The notes beneath the pieces were generated by a model that did no database searches, was not told the origin of the DNA, and saw only the letters and a list, made by a program, of their open reading frames with translations. 64,000 nucleotides of DNA from Eledone cirrhosa (taxonomy: Eukaryota), in contig OZ024742.1 in NCBI GenBank assembly GCA_964016885.1, positions 174,964,001-175,028,000 on the forward strand, written 5' to 3'. The stretch's first letter is position 1; each line of letters starts with the position of its first letter. Shown here in pieces: positions 45,320 to 64,000 of this stretch. The translations under genes were made by a program, and so were the position numbers.

Positions 45320-46060
45320 TTATGAGCAACTCATCGTTATCGGAATTTTCTGGTGACGGTAAATTGTGGTTTGCCCAGTTGGATTCATATTTTGCCGCCA
45401 ACGAGGTTCAAGCGGCACAACAGAAACTATACGTGCTAGTTAGTGGAATTCCCGCTTCGCTGGCAACCACAGTTAAGGACATCATTACAGAACCTCAAAA
45501 AGACACCTCTTACGACTCCTTAAAAGCAGAAGTGATCCGTAGGAACAGTCGGTCGTCTGAAAGTCGATTTCGTTCATTGTTAGATGAAAAATTGGGCGAT
45601 AGAACTCCTGAGTTTTTACGGCGTGTCCTGGAACTTAGCGATTCAACCGCCGAGGATAATTCCTTCGTAAAGAAGCTATTCTTCTCCATGTTTGCCAAAC
45701 AACGTACAGACCATATTGGCGAATATGGTTGACCCCAGTTCCTTAGAACAGATTGCTGCCTCTTCGGATCGAATTATGGCATTTTCTAGAGAACCTACCT
45801 CGGCGGATTCGGTCGTCGCTTCTTCTGCCTTTAAAAACAAGCCTGTCTCACCACGTGAGGATGCCATGTTGAGAGTCATTGACGCGTTAACACGTCAAGT
45901 GGCTAAACTGTGTCGGGGTCGAACGTCATCTAGGTGGCCTTCACGAAGGTGGTCTTCTTCTTCTCTTCGTCGCGCCAACTCCCCCGCCCCAAATTTCTCT
46001 TTATGCTGGTACCACGAGCGTTTTGCTGAGAACCACTGAATACAGCCTTGTTCATTCGTG
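45320..46060 (+). pseudogene. gag: gag-like ORF (frameshifted) with CWYH (CHCC-type) motif
   Basis: LWFAQLDSYF, YDSLKAEVIRR, LGDRTP, LCWYHERF. Confidence 0.75.
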
Positions 46061-47690
46061 AAGTCGGGAAACGCCAGAGAGGTTCGCTGAGGGCGGCAGT
46101 TGACCTCAGCGTAAAGCCCCCAAACCGCCACTTCTTCATTAAGGACCTCCTGTCTGGAAGATCCTTCCTCGTGGATACTGGAGCCTCCTGTAGTATTTGG
46201 CCGTTCTATTGCATGAAGGATACCCCTGTCGAATCATCCATTACTCTGCAGGCCGTTAACCTCTCGCCTATAAAGACGTACGGACAATTCTCGCTTCCCC
46301 TCAAATTCCAAAATCTCTGTAGGGATTTTAAATGGATTTTTACGGTCGCTGACTTGCATATCCAATCTTGGGAGCGGATTTCCTCCACAATTTCTCCTTG
46401 ACTGTAGATGTCTGAAACCAACGTCTGGTGGATGACATCACCGGTTTCTCAATTCGTGGCCGAAAAGCCAGTGCTCCAACGATCAGCCCAATATACTTCA
46501 TCGCTGCCACTGGAGACGCCTACCATTCGTTGTTAGGATCGTTCCCGGAGCTCATCGATGGAAATTTTTGAGTTACGGAGCCAACTCACGCAACTGAACA
46601 TTTTATTGCCATAATTTTCACGTCCACGTAGTTTACCGGCGGACAAGTTAAAGGCAGCACGGTCCGAGTTCGACCATATGCTGCAGCTGGGCATTATTCG
46701 CCCATCTACTAGTCCTTGGGCTTCCCCGTTACATATGGTGCCCAAGACTTCTGGCGACTGGGGACCCACTGGGGATTGTAGGATGTTAAATGCGATGACC
46801 GTCCCGGATAGATATCCGATTCCCCACCTTCAGGATTTTGCATCTTCGTTGCAGGGTTGTAAGATTTTCTCCAAACTCGCTTTAGTGCGAGCTTACCACC
46901 AAATTCCAGCCAGGAAGGAAGACATTCTGAAAACGGCTATTACGACTCCTTTCTGATCCTTCGAGTTTTTAACCACGCCTTTTGGACTCAGGAATGCCGC
47001 TAGCACTTTACAGCGGTTCATAGACGAGATCACTCGTGGTCTGGATTTCATTTATGCATATATAGATGATCTTCTCGTCGCTAGTTCCTCTCCAGTAGAG
47101 CATATGCGTCACCTGAAATTTTTATTTTGCCGACTCCAGGATTACCGCGTTCGAGTAAATCCCGCAAAATGTGTTTTCGGATTAGCTTCACTAAATTATT
47201 TAGGTCACGTCATCGATGCCGAAGGTATTCGACCCCTTGCACAACGAGTTAAGGCTATACAGGATTCACCTCCGCCTACCTCACTTCACCGGTTGCGTCA
47301 CTTCCTAGGCCTAATCAATTTTTATAGACGTTTCGTCCCTCAATGTGCACAATTACTGTCTTCCCTTACCGAGATTTTTAAAAATTGTCGGAAGAAGAAT
47401 GAGGATATTTCCTTGACACAAGCACAACTCGAAGATTTCCAGACAGCACTTGCTAATTCATCTTTGCTAGCCGACCCAGTACCCGATGCCAAGCTTTCGC
47501 TTTGTGTTGATGCATCTGATACCGCCGTGGGAGCAATTTTACAACAGTATAACGCTAAATACCAACAACCTTTGGAATTTTTCTCCAGGAAGCTGAAACC
47601 GGCAGAAACTCGTTACAGCACGTTTGGTCGGGAGTTATTAGCCATACATCTGTCGGTGAAACATTTTTCTCATATTCTTTCACTGTTGTA
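46060..47690 (+). pseudogene. pol: pol remnant: protease, RT, partial RNase H
   Basis: FLVDTGAS; [39 protein letters not shown]; LCVDASDTAVGAIL, RYSTFGRELLAI; no integrase follows. Confidence 0.88.
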
Positions 47691-48544
47691 CATACACCTG
47701 CTCCTTCAGCCCCACCTTCACCTACATACAAGACCACAACCCGTTCCGGTCGAAGAGTCCACTGGCCCAAAAGATTTTGTCAAACAGTTTTTATCTGAGC
47801 TGGCCACTATGGAGCCTTTTTTGCTCGTGTATTACATGCTTTTCTTTACCTTGTTTCTTAACAGTTGAAAGTTTTCTTTAACTATAGAGTTTCTTTTTTT
47901 GTATTGTTTTTTCATGTACCTTTTTCATACCTTTGTCTTGATCCCAATTACTTGCGGAGTCGCTACAATTACCTTGCGGTTATTTGTCTCTCGTCTGGAG
48001 GAGAGTATTGTAGCGATCCCTAGGGTAAAAAAAGAGAATTAATTAGAGTTACTTCCCGTAGGCATTATAAATAGACGAGACTCGTGTTTCTCACGCTCTT
48101 ATTCGCTGCCGGCCTCGTACTGACGAGCAGCTCTCTATACTCTTGTGACTACTTCGGAACTGAACACTATATGTACGGAGCATATCACCTCTATCTTGCA
48201 TGCCCGGATTACTTTATCTTTATTTCTCAAGTGGTTGGTTACCAGCGGTATCTTCCGGAGAAGATTAAACCAATAAACCAATTCACCAAACACTCAGTTG
48301 AGTGTGGGATAATATGTGAGATTCGAGCCCCCAACTCATCTGGTAGCACAGTAACCATTCATAAGTACTGATTGTATTGGTGCATTTTACTGGGACACCA
48401 ACACTACCATTTTAAATAATATAAACATAGAGACAACAGAAGCAGTGATGTAAAACTGGTTGGAGCTATGATAAAATTAAGTGGATAAATCAAGTAGCAA
48501 ATATAATATGATTCCCAAATGATCTTTGCTATAAAGCCACTTAC

Positions 48545-48585
48545 CTTTCATTTGATTCTGCAAGCTGCAGGTTTGTTTATATTCT
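48545..48585 (-). other. Candidate 41-nt host exon
   Basis: Minus strand tttagtttcag|AGAATAT...ATGAAAG|gtaagt (consensus splice sites), one open frame EYKQTCSLQNQMK, outside recognisable repeats. Confidence 0.3.
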
Positions 48586-49076
48586 CTGAAACTAAATAAT
48601 ATTTCCCTGCATTTATCAAACTTTTATATTTGCTCAGAGAGATAATTCTGGGAAAAAGCACTGAAATATTAATACTATTACGAATATTTTAATTAGATTT
48701 AATTAAGACAAACAGAGTTGTTTACAAAATAGCTTGAAGCCAAGGAAAACAATATTGAATCACATGTATCTAATTATTTTGGAAACAAACATTTACTGTT
48801 ATTCTTCTTGCTGTATTATTAGAGGGTTTGAACATTTAATTTTTGTAAAAGTAAATAGATACACATATATAGGTGGCCATACTGGTGTCACAAAAAACAT
48901 CCAGTCAACTCTGAACAGTGGTAGTACTGATGCCATGAAAACATTTTCCAGTACATATTATGAATTGGCTGGCATTAGGAAGAGCAAGTCGTGGTCATTT
49001 GACCTGTCGGACCTCATAATGTGTCAGTTTGTCTAACCCATATTAGCAAGGAAAATAGATATTCAACGGTGATAAA

Positions 49077-49134
<58 letters not shown>

Positions 49135-51105
49135 TCTTGTGTAATTATTCAAACAACTAGACAAGATTCATAAAAAAGTTTAAAAGTTTTCTGTAGTTTC
49201 GTTGTTATAAGGAATATATTTAAGGCAGAGCTGGTTGATCAGAATAGTGTTTAGAATCAATATTCCCTACTGTTGAATATCAGTAGATATTTTTCCTTGT
49301 GGCTAGCTGATTACGCACTCAAGACAATGAAAGGTGGCGGGAAACTTCAAATACATTAGAGTTGTAAAACTCACAAGAATAGAAACACAGCAATCCATCA
49401 AAATGGTTGTTAATCTGTGCTATTAATGCCTCAGTTATTCTAAAGTGTTTGGTGATAAAAAGAATTTTTAAAATTTGCATCCACAATCAAGCATATTTCC
49501 TACTGTGTTATTGTAGATTTTTGTAAGGGGAGAGTGTGTTCTGCTTTGCTGAAGTGGAAGCGAGTCAGTAAAAGAGAATGGGAATTAGACAAATACTAGA
49601 AAAGGCTAAAAATCAAGAATCTTTGATAACAAATGTGAGACAAATGATCAATACTCTGGACAATGATAAGGACATTATCTAACTCTCCACAGACAATGGT
49701 TATGCCTCAATAGTTTTGAAGAGAGTGGAAAACATTTACGAACTATTGATCTAAGCAGCACCTCAGCTTGACGAATAAAACAAAATCTAGCCATAAAAAG
49801 CTGTGCAAAGGATTTTAGCACTAGATATCATTCAGACAAAGACAAATAGAGCAATCGACAAAACTTTGAATACCAATTTCTATCAGTTAGCAGATGTATG
49901 GTATAAATGACAACATATTGGCAGTATTTATCATTTTACATTGCAAACTTGGTTTCATTTAAAATAAAGCCCTATATAGAAGATATCAGATGTAAAATTG
50001 TTTATAGAAATCTCCCATAGAAATTACTGTTCTGAATAATGTCTGCTTGTCATACATTTCTCTTGGTTAATAGATGGACACAGAATGACTGAATGGTTAA
50101 GAGGTTTGCTTCATAACCATTAGGTCTCAGGTTCAATCCCACTGCATAGTATTTTGGGTGCAAGATTACATTAGTGTAATTCTCAGCAAGATTCAGAGTG
50201 GCATAACATGTGACATATGCCACACTGTCTTTGAATTACAGATACAATCTATTGTGTATAAATATCTAAGTGGCTGAGTATTTCACACAACGTATACCCC
50301 TTATGTAATTCTCAGCTAGATTCTGTATGATACATTGTGTGAGAAGGTTGACTCTTTAAATTATAGTAACAGTCAATCCAAATTCTTTCAGAAGGCATGA
50401 GTCAACACATGGCTATGGTAAATAACATTTGCCCTAGAGATACTATGCAGTGGAATCAAACCTGGGAACTAATAATTGTGTAGCAAACATCTTAATAAAT
50501 CGGTCATTCTGTGTCCAACTATAAACAGAGGGAATAACAAAGAAACAATATTCAGAACAAATAAGGTGGAGGGAAACTTTCTGGAAGCCTGTCGGATAGA
50601 CTCCTAGTCTAATTCAAAGAGCCAGACTTGTCACACTGAATCTTGCTGAGAATTATACTAAGGATACATGTGCTTGTGGAATGCTCAGACACTTGTATGT
50701 TAATTTCATGAGTAGGCAGTTCTATTGGTTAAGAAATTGGAACACCTTTTGTTGGAACCAATGGAGATCTAATATAATTACTCTTTTACTGGTTTCAGTA
50801 ATTAGACTGTGGCCTTGATGAGGTACCATGTTCAAGAGATTTAGTCAATCATATTGACCCTAGTACATTGGTTTTAAGTTCAGTACATATTTTATTGATT
50901 TCTTTTCTTTAAACTCTTAAGTTATGAGGCAAAAACACACAGTAAATGTAAACACACACACAGACATAAATTTGGACACAAACACACATATGCATATATC
51001 ATGATCATCATAATTTAAGGTCCATTTTTCCATGGTAGGAAGAATATATATATATATAATACATATATATATATATATTACATTATATTATATCCATAAC
51101 CTAAA

Positions 51106-51179
51106 TATTTTATCTGATGAGCATGCTGGACTTTTCTGTTAAGATCGTCTAGTTTCATGAAACCTTTGGTAATAGAATA
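51106..51179 (+). ncRNA. Isolated type I hammerhead ribozyme (family G)
   Basis: TATTTTAT-CTGATGA-..CTGGAC..GTCTAG..-GAAA-CC-TTT-GG-TA-ATAGAATA: 8-bp stem I, hairpin stem III, GUA triplet; downstream of (TA)n. Confidence 0.7.
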
Positions 51180-51286
51180 ATTATATTGTGTTGTTTATTA
51201 TGTAATTAAATAGCTCTGTACTATACATAGATCACTCTTCTCTCCATTAACTTTTCTATGGAAATACATAACTAATATATATAGTA

Positions 51287-51998
51287 CTAGCAGTGGTACC
51301 CGGCATTGCATGGGATAAGGTATTGTGAAATATATAACCGCCTTAGCTAAGTTTAGTATTGCCACAACCACGGCTGGCAAAGAAGTAAGGGTCTGATGGG
51401 ATGTAAGTAAGCAACACTGTGGCTTAAAACGTAAGGAAGAAGTTGTGTGTACTTACCAACTGTTTGGGGAACGAGTGTGAGATTTATCTTGAGCAAGGGT
51501 GGCAGAATAACCGGAGGCAGCAGACAGCCAGACATACAGACAGATATTATAAGGGCGCATTCAAATCCCGCCGAGGTTAACTTTGCCTTTCATCATTACG
51601 GGGTCGATAAAATAAAGTACCAGTAATCGATTGGGATAATTGCTGGCCTTGTGCCAAATATAGAAACAATTATAAGGGCGCGTTCTGGACGTAGAGCGAA
51701 TTGTAAGAAGTGATGTAATGCAGACAGACAGCCAGACATACAGACAGATATAAGGGTGCGACGTTATATGTATGTATCTATCTAAAAAGAGAAAGACTAA
51801 GGATTATAGAGAGAGATCGCTCAATCGCCTAATGCGGTCCCTAGGACATTGAACATTTGAAATTTCTTTTACTCAGAACACTCCCTGAAACATAAGTATT
51901 ACATGTGTAAAGTTTGAAAACAGTCGGTTGGGTGTTTCTCTAGCTTTAGGGATTCAAACTTACACACACACAGACATCCTCAGTTTTATATATATAGA
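51287..51998 (-). mobile_element. Non-autonomous Helitron with nested SINE
   Basis: Minus strand starts TCTATATATATAAAA and ends CCCATGCAATGCCGGG..CTGCTAG, inserted between A and T. Confidence 0.78.
51559..51668 (+). mobile_element. 5'-truncated SINE with 13-bp TSD
   Basis: ATTATAAGGGCGC at 51546-51558 and 51669-51681; same family as 10960. Confidence 0.8.
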
Positions 51999-53959
51999 TA
52001 TGCATACATAAGTTCTTCCATTCTATTATAGCTACCACATTTCACTCTCAAGCCGGGGATGAAACTTAGGCTATAGTAGAGGATACTTGCCCAATGTGTC
52101 ATGCAGTAGGACTGAACCCAAAACCATAGGGCTGCAAAGCAAACTCCCTAACCACAACAACAAGGTTAACATACCTTTTCTGGTCTCATTATCTGGACCG
52201 CAGCAATGGTGGGACATCACCTTCAGGGATTTCAGTTAATTGCATTTGAACATTGTACTTTGTCTGCTACTTATTTTCTTAATTTCCTATTTATAAAATA
52301 GCTAAGTCCACCAAATTATAATGTGTGCACTACCTTGTCTTCCATCATGTGTTTATTCACATATACACACACACATCTAGCTATACAGCAGACCTCTCCA
52401 TGTTTTCAGTCTACCAGATTTAACTTAGATGGCAGTATTATCAAACAATGGAACAAACATATTACCAATTCAGTCATTCTTATACCTAGTGTTAGAAGCT
52501 ACCATCATCATTGTCCATCTATTTACTCTTCTGGCAAGGTTTGAATTGGTAATCACAGACCAAATCAATACTTGATTAGAACCACTGACCTCTCAAACAG
52601 AATATGGGTCACTTCTCACTTATTCAAGAAATTGTACAGGAATGTATCGAAGTTCCTGAAATCTGCAGAGGGCATTGTATGCATTTTATCATGACACCAA
52701 CATTATGGAGGCTGTAATGTCTTTGTCATACATAAAGAGTCTTCCTAACCCTCTGTTTGGATAGTATTTTATCATGGCCACAACACTATGGATATGACTT
52801 CATAAATAAAGTGATCTCATTATCCTTTGTTTGGCAGGTATTTTCTATGGCTGGATAGCCTTCCTTTCACCATCTACATTTCAGAGTGAACAAGGTGTAC
52901 CCATTTCACTCTGTAAAATGGTAATGCTGGAGCCATGATAAGATGTACCCAGTAGACTCTGCAAAGAGTGTCATGATAAAATACATTCAGTAAACTCTAT
53001 AAAGTGGTTGTGGAGGTGCTACGATGAAATACATTAAATAGCCTCTGTAATAAGGAAGGTATGAATATGACATGGTTCTGACTTATCAAATCTCAGTATG
53101 TGACAATTCCTCCAAACTATGCCAGCATGGAAAATAGACATAAAATGATAATGATGTAGATGACGATGTACTATTTTTATGGGTTTCCCTCATTGGACTG
53201 TGACCATGTTTGAGCCCCACCTTCAAGGATTAATGTCAAGCATAATGATTCCAGAATTTATCTTCTGGATTGATCTATATAGTTTGTATGTCTGTTATCT
53301 TTTAATGATGTGTTTCAAAACATTGGTTTACACCAATATGAAGAAACAGTATATAACAGACACAATATAATATTTCCTAACAGGATTCAATAGTTTTGCA
53401 TTGTTTTAAATGTTCTTTTATTTAATTCTATGTCATTTATTTTCATTAAACAGGAACATTCTAGAAGATAGCTGAAGGTAAGACCATTTTCTTTTTTCTT
53501 GATTGGCTAATTTTAACTCAAATTACCTTGCTTTTCTCTCTTTACATGATTTTTATTGTTGTTGAGTTCTGTCAACTACAAAATAACTATTATCAAATTG
53601 TTTATGTTCTTTACTACTAACTTACTGCAGACATTGAAATAAAATATATTCTATTCTAGCTTGCTAGAAATTGTTGTTATTTTTTTTATTTTAGTTAATG
53701 AATAGTAATTATTTATACTAAATCACAGTGTATATTTGAAGATTTCAGGTAACCTTAGGTAAATATAGCTATTATTCTTGAGTTAAAAGTGTTTGCTGTC
53801 AGCAGAATAAAATGTGAATTGTAGACACTTTCAACTATTTCTCCATAAACAGAAAAACATATTTTGTTTTTATGCATTTCAGACACTACTGTGTTCTCAT
53901 CAAAGGAAAAAGGCAAATGTTCATGACCTTTTTCCATCCCTCTCTAACTGTTGGAAGGA

Positions 53960-54433
53960 AGGGAGAAATTACCTTCAGATCTAATGTCTGGTCCGAATGC
54001 TTGCAACAGAATGGACACTATAAGAAGCATCAAAAGGCTCAAATATTCTAAGGAGATTACACAATAGTGATTGCCTAAATTCAAGAAATGAAATCATCTC
54101 ACGTTGTCTGGAAACGCCTCTCGCATAACTACAAAGCTCCAGATTCTAATATTCTAATCAACTCGAACAATCTATTCCGGACATTCACAGTTATCTCCCT
54201 TATTCCTTTCGCCTGTGGTTTTGTATCGCTTGGGTGACCGTTTCTGCGCATGCTCGTTCATCCGGTTGTTTTTCCTGTTCCATATAACCATTACCAGTCC
54301 GAGCTGAAGATCCGCATCAGGTGAAATAATTTTTCTCGGTATGGTGAACTAACTGTTGTGTTACTACTTCTACCAAACTCATCCCATGGACTGTGTGCTC
54401 TACCACTGCAGATATTACCTTCCAGTGTTCCAC

Positions 54434-54437
<4 letters not shown>
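53960..54437 (+). mobile_element. Old Naiad-like PLE 3' remnant with degenerate HHR (54299-54339)
   Basis: Encodes CLNSRNEIISRC (compare LINKKSELFSNC); CCGAG-CTGAAGA..GAAA..CTCGG; ends in (TA)n. Confidence 0.5.
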
Positions 54438-54491
<54 letters not shown>

Positions 54492-54799
54492 TTAATATAG
54501 ATGAGATTCTACAGGACTAGAACTGTTTCATTCTTTAGAAATCATCAGGAATCTGGCTTTGCAAAAATAAATGTTGTGGTATTTATATCTTTTCAGGTGG
54601 TAGGAGAGGGTGGGGAGTGGGATGGGTGGAGGTCATTGGTTGAAAGAAAAGTTAATTCATTAAAAGCTAATTCTTTAAAGCTCTACTTAGAGTGACAAAG
54701 GCCAAGAGAATTCTATAAACCAGTTCAAAATATTGGGTGTCTATCATTATTGTCATATTTCTCTTAAGCTATATTCAAGGTGTCAACAGACACATTCAC

Positions 54800-54870
<71 letters not shown>

Positions 54871-54871
<1 letters not shown>

Positions 54872-55719
54872 CGGCGATGAATTAGTTTTGCGAGGTTTTT
54901 TATATGAAATCGTGTGTCGAAACAAATATTGTTATACTTGGGGAGGGTCATATTTGTGTAATATTGCCAGAATTAATAACAGAACACACTCACTGTTTGG
55001 TTGGTTTTCGCTTCTGTGTCTTTTATATCGGTAATCTAATTTATTCGGTCCTCAATGTTGCCATTGACTGACCGACGGTCAAAAATAATACAGATAAAAT
55101 ATAGACACAAACACATATATATATAGTTTATCAAATTTCTTTCGTTGCACATCTGCAACATCGTCAGTGGTGCTATTGTTTCCTCCCGTTACATTGTATG
55201 TCTACGCCATTTTTATTTAGTCTGTCTATATATTTATTTATTTATTTGTTTGTTTGTTTATTTTATTTTGTCTTCTTTGCGCATGCGTTTGCGTGTGTGT
55301 ATAGTGTTTTGTTTGATGTGTGTTCGTCATTGTATTCCATGTATTCTATGTATTCTATATTTACTAGTGTGTGTTTATATGTGTTTGTTGTTATTGTGCT
55401 TGTGTATTTATTTATTTATTTATTTATCTATTTATTTATTTATACTTCTCTTAGGTCAGTGTTGTTGGGGGAGGAAACAATAGCACCACTGACGATGTTG
55501 CAGATGTGCAACGAAAGAACTTTGATAAACTATATATATGTGTTTGTGTCTATATTGTATCTGTATTATTTTTGACCGTCGGTCAGTCAATGGCAACATT
55601 GAGGACCGAATAAATTAGATTACCAATATAAAAGACACAGAAGCGAAAACCAACCAAGCAGTGAGTGTGTTCTGTTATTAATTCTGGCAATATTACACAA
55701 ATATGATCCTCCCCAAGTA

Positions 55720-55725
<6 letters not shown>
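54871..55725. mobile_element. Family C pLTR-only palindromic insertion with HHR cores in both arms (55140-55167 minus; 55489-55516 plus)
   Basis: ~54927-55187 inverted against ~55469-55725; only the left arm has the tail; homologous to 43430-44010; (TA)n flanks. Confidence 0.85.
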
Positions 55726-55759
<34 letters not shown>

Positions 55760-55768
55760 CATATACAT

Positions 55769-55831
<63 letters not shown>

Positions 55832-55852
55832 TATACATACACATATACATAC

Positions 55853-55931
<79 letters not shown>

Positions 55932-55934
<3 letters not shown>

Positions 55935-57990
55935 AAACAGAGACTGGACGACAAATTATGGCTTGACATAGAAACGAATTTCTGTCGGGCTGCCTACCAA
56001 CTAAAATGGATATCGACTCTCGGCAACAACACCACGGAATCTAACAAAGCCAGATTCCCGATATACCAACTGGATCGCCCACTCTGTCCACCGCCGGCCA
56101 ACCGTGAGCTTGAAGAAAAACTCTCGAGGCTAAAACATTCCGTATTTAACATCTTACGGAAACAGAAGATAGCCCCAAACTTCTCCAGGACACAACAACT
56201 CGCCCTGAAGAACCTACAGAATAGGGAACTTATATACTTACCATCCGACAAAGGTAAAGAGTTTTACGTCATATTTCAAGCCACATACAACAACCTAGCC
56301 TTTGAACACCTAAGCGACAATGACGTATATACAGAGATCCCGGACATGACTGCAGCCCAGATCGAAAAACAGACCAACTCCATCTGGTTCGATATCTGTA
56401 GGAGAAGACAACTCCCAAATAAAGTTAAGCTCAACTACACCACTAGAAATAGCAGACTGCCCACTTTCTACCACCTCATCAAGACCCACAAGAATAGTAC
56501 TAAGACACAAATAAGACCCATCGTCTCTAGCATAGAAGGACCCCTATACAAAATTTCCTGGCTCCTCTCCCAGGTCCTCAAGCCTCTACTCTCCACCTTT
56601 CCCGGGCATGTCAGTAGCTCTGACGAAGTTATACGTAGACTACACCAACTCCAGCCAGAACAACTTAAACTAAATAGATACGCCTTTAGCCTCGACGTTG
56701 TCTCCCTCTACACTACAGTCTCCGCTCATCCAGCTGTCGATTTATTGACGGACTGCGTGGTCGCAGAGGACATCCACTGCTACGGACTCCATCCGACGGA
56801 CATACACCAGCTTTTGTCCTTCACAGTGGACAACACGTACTTCACCTTCCACCACCACACATACAGACAGACAACAGGATTACCCATGGGATCCAGCCTA
56901 TCGGACCTGCTGGCCATCACCTATATGAACCAGCTAGAATGCCGAGCCCTCAACACCTGCCATTCCCATACCTTCTTCACCCGATATGTAGATGACATAC
57001 TCATCCTTACATCATCCCGTGAGGAGGCAGATAAAATATACACAACATTCTCCAACATGGACGCCAGTATAAAGTTCAGCATGGAACGCCCCAATGACCG
57101 CGGATCCCTATCCCTACTGGACTTCCAGCTCAGGGTAACAGAGGAAGGAAACATCCACACCTTCTTCTATAAAAAAGAAGCGAGCAGGGACCTCTGCGTA
57201 CATTTCAGATCGGCCCTCCCAGCCGGCGCTAAGTTCGGATACATAAGGAACGAACTAACACGTATCCAGAACAAATGCACCGACGCTAGAGACCGAGACA
57301 CTCACCACACATTTCCTGGAAGTACTCAAACTGAACGGATACACAAAATCCACCACTAAGGAAAGAAACCTCGGCAATCTTAGAAGTAAGGAAGCACTAA
57401 TTATAGACAAAACACAACCACCAATCAATAATAGACTAGAACTCAACACCCAATTTATAACTTGATAGAGCATCTAACCCCATATTTACACAGCCCCCCC
57501 CCCCCACACACACACGCACGCATACACACACACACACACGCTTACACCTCCACTTATTCTCTCACACACACACACATACACACACAAAGACCAGTTCTAA
57601 CACAAGATAACATCTATCCCCCACATTTACGTATAGAAATATCTTCTCACACTCACACACACAAATACTTACACCTTCATGCACTCTCCCACACACTTAA
57701 ACAGGCATGTAAAAAAAACCCTTTTAAAGGGAGACTACTCTTTATCCACCTAATCTTAACTCTTTGAAATTAGAGGTAGAACAGATACTCTATACCATTT
57801 CCTGTCAGCATGACTTGGCAAGCTATTTAGAACACGGGTTTAACCGCTTTACTTCCGTCCGAAGAAAAGATATTATCTCGAAAATTAAGGACATTTAAAT
57901 AAATCTAAGGTAAAAGACTAATTGTCAACAATATCTTTTGCATTTGCTTTCTTTATGTTATGTTCATACCTGCGTTTTTTTGGCTTTATT
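55932..57990 (+). mobile_element. Penelope-like element: long open RT domain (55932-57359), endonuclease missing
   Basis: [59 protein letters not shown]; truncated after the thumb; possible HHR remnant at 57857-57892; TA-rich flanks. Confidence 0.88.
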
Positions 57991-58108
57991 ATACATATAC
58001 AAACGTTTATATATATATATATATATACATATATACAGATATATATACATATATATACATACACATATATATACATATATACATATATACATATACACTT
58101 ACATATAT

Positions 58109-58139
<31 letters not shown>

Positions 58140-58272
58140 CATACACATAAATATACACATATATATATATACAACCATATACAAACTCATCTACATACAC
58201 ATATATACATATATATACACATATACATAGATACACACACATATATGTATATATATATACATACATATATAT

Positions 58273-63710
<5,438 letters not shown>

Positions 63711-64000
63711 AAAAAAAAACAAAAAAAACTCACTTATTGACACTTATACGTACGACATACACATACATATGCGCGCACACACACGCATACATACGCGCGC
63801 ACACAGCAACACTCATACATACAAACAAACACACACACGCTACTCACTTACACACACATATATACATATATATATATTACCGTCATTACTGATACAAGAT
63901 TACAAGATTATGTTAACTGTTGACTTTCAAGAGTTTGTATAGTTGAAGCCGTTCGTATTACAGTCCAGTATTATTACAATTGCTTTACAGCATAGAGATA

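Larger units (their letters stand above)
44793..48290 (+). mobile_element. Gypsy/Ty3 LTR retrotransposon (CsRn1-like), degenerate, integrase deleted
   Basis: 282-bp LTRs 44793-45074 and 48009-48290 (~16 mismatches by eye); TSD CACT; PBS TGGTGACCCCGACGTGAT (tRNA-Trp) at 45076; polypurine tract GGAGGAGAG before the 3' LTR. Confidence 0.93.

Overview
AT-rich animal (eukaryotic) DNA made almost entirely of transposable-element debris and long (TA)n/(CA)n microsatellites. The SINE and RTE repertoire looks like Octopus or another coleoid cephalopod (inference). No intact host gene is visible; there are only two candidate micro-exons. Recognisable elements: a Naiad-type Penelope-like element (PLE) in a 2 x 4001-bp tandem array, further PLE remnants (RT or GIY-YIG), two near-full-length degenerate RTE LINEs, a CsRn1-like Gypsy LTR element (282-bp LTRs, tRNA-Trp PBS, CACT TSD, integrase deleted), a DD37D (maT) transposon, a hATm-like transposon, two non-autonomous Helitrons, a TTAA MITE and many SINEs. 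The most striking signal is about 20 type I hammerhead ribozyme (HHR) motifs from at least 8 sequence families. They sit in PLE pseudo-LTRs and in two non-coding, circularly permuted 420-554-nt 'retrozyme'-like families. Nearly all are inserted in (TA)n, and most share one architecture: a tail-bearing arm plus an inverted arm that stops at a family-specific internal AT-rich site. All coordinates and folds were read by eye and may be off by a few bases.
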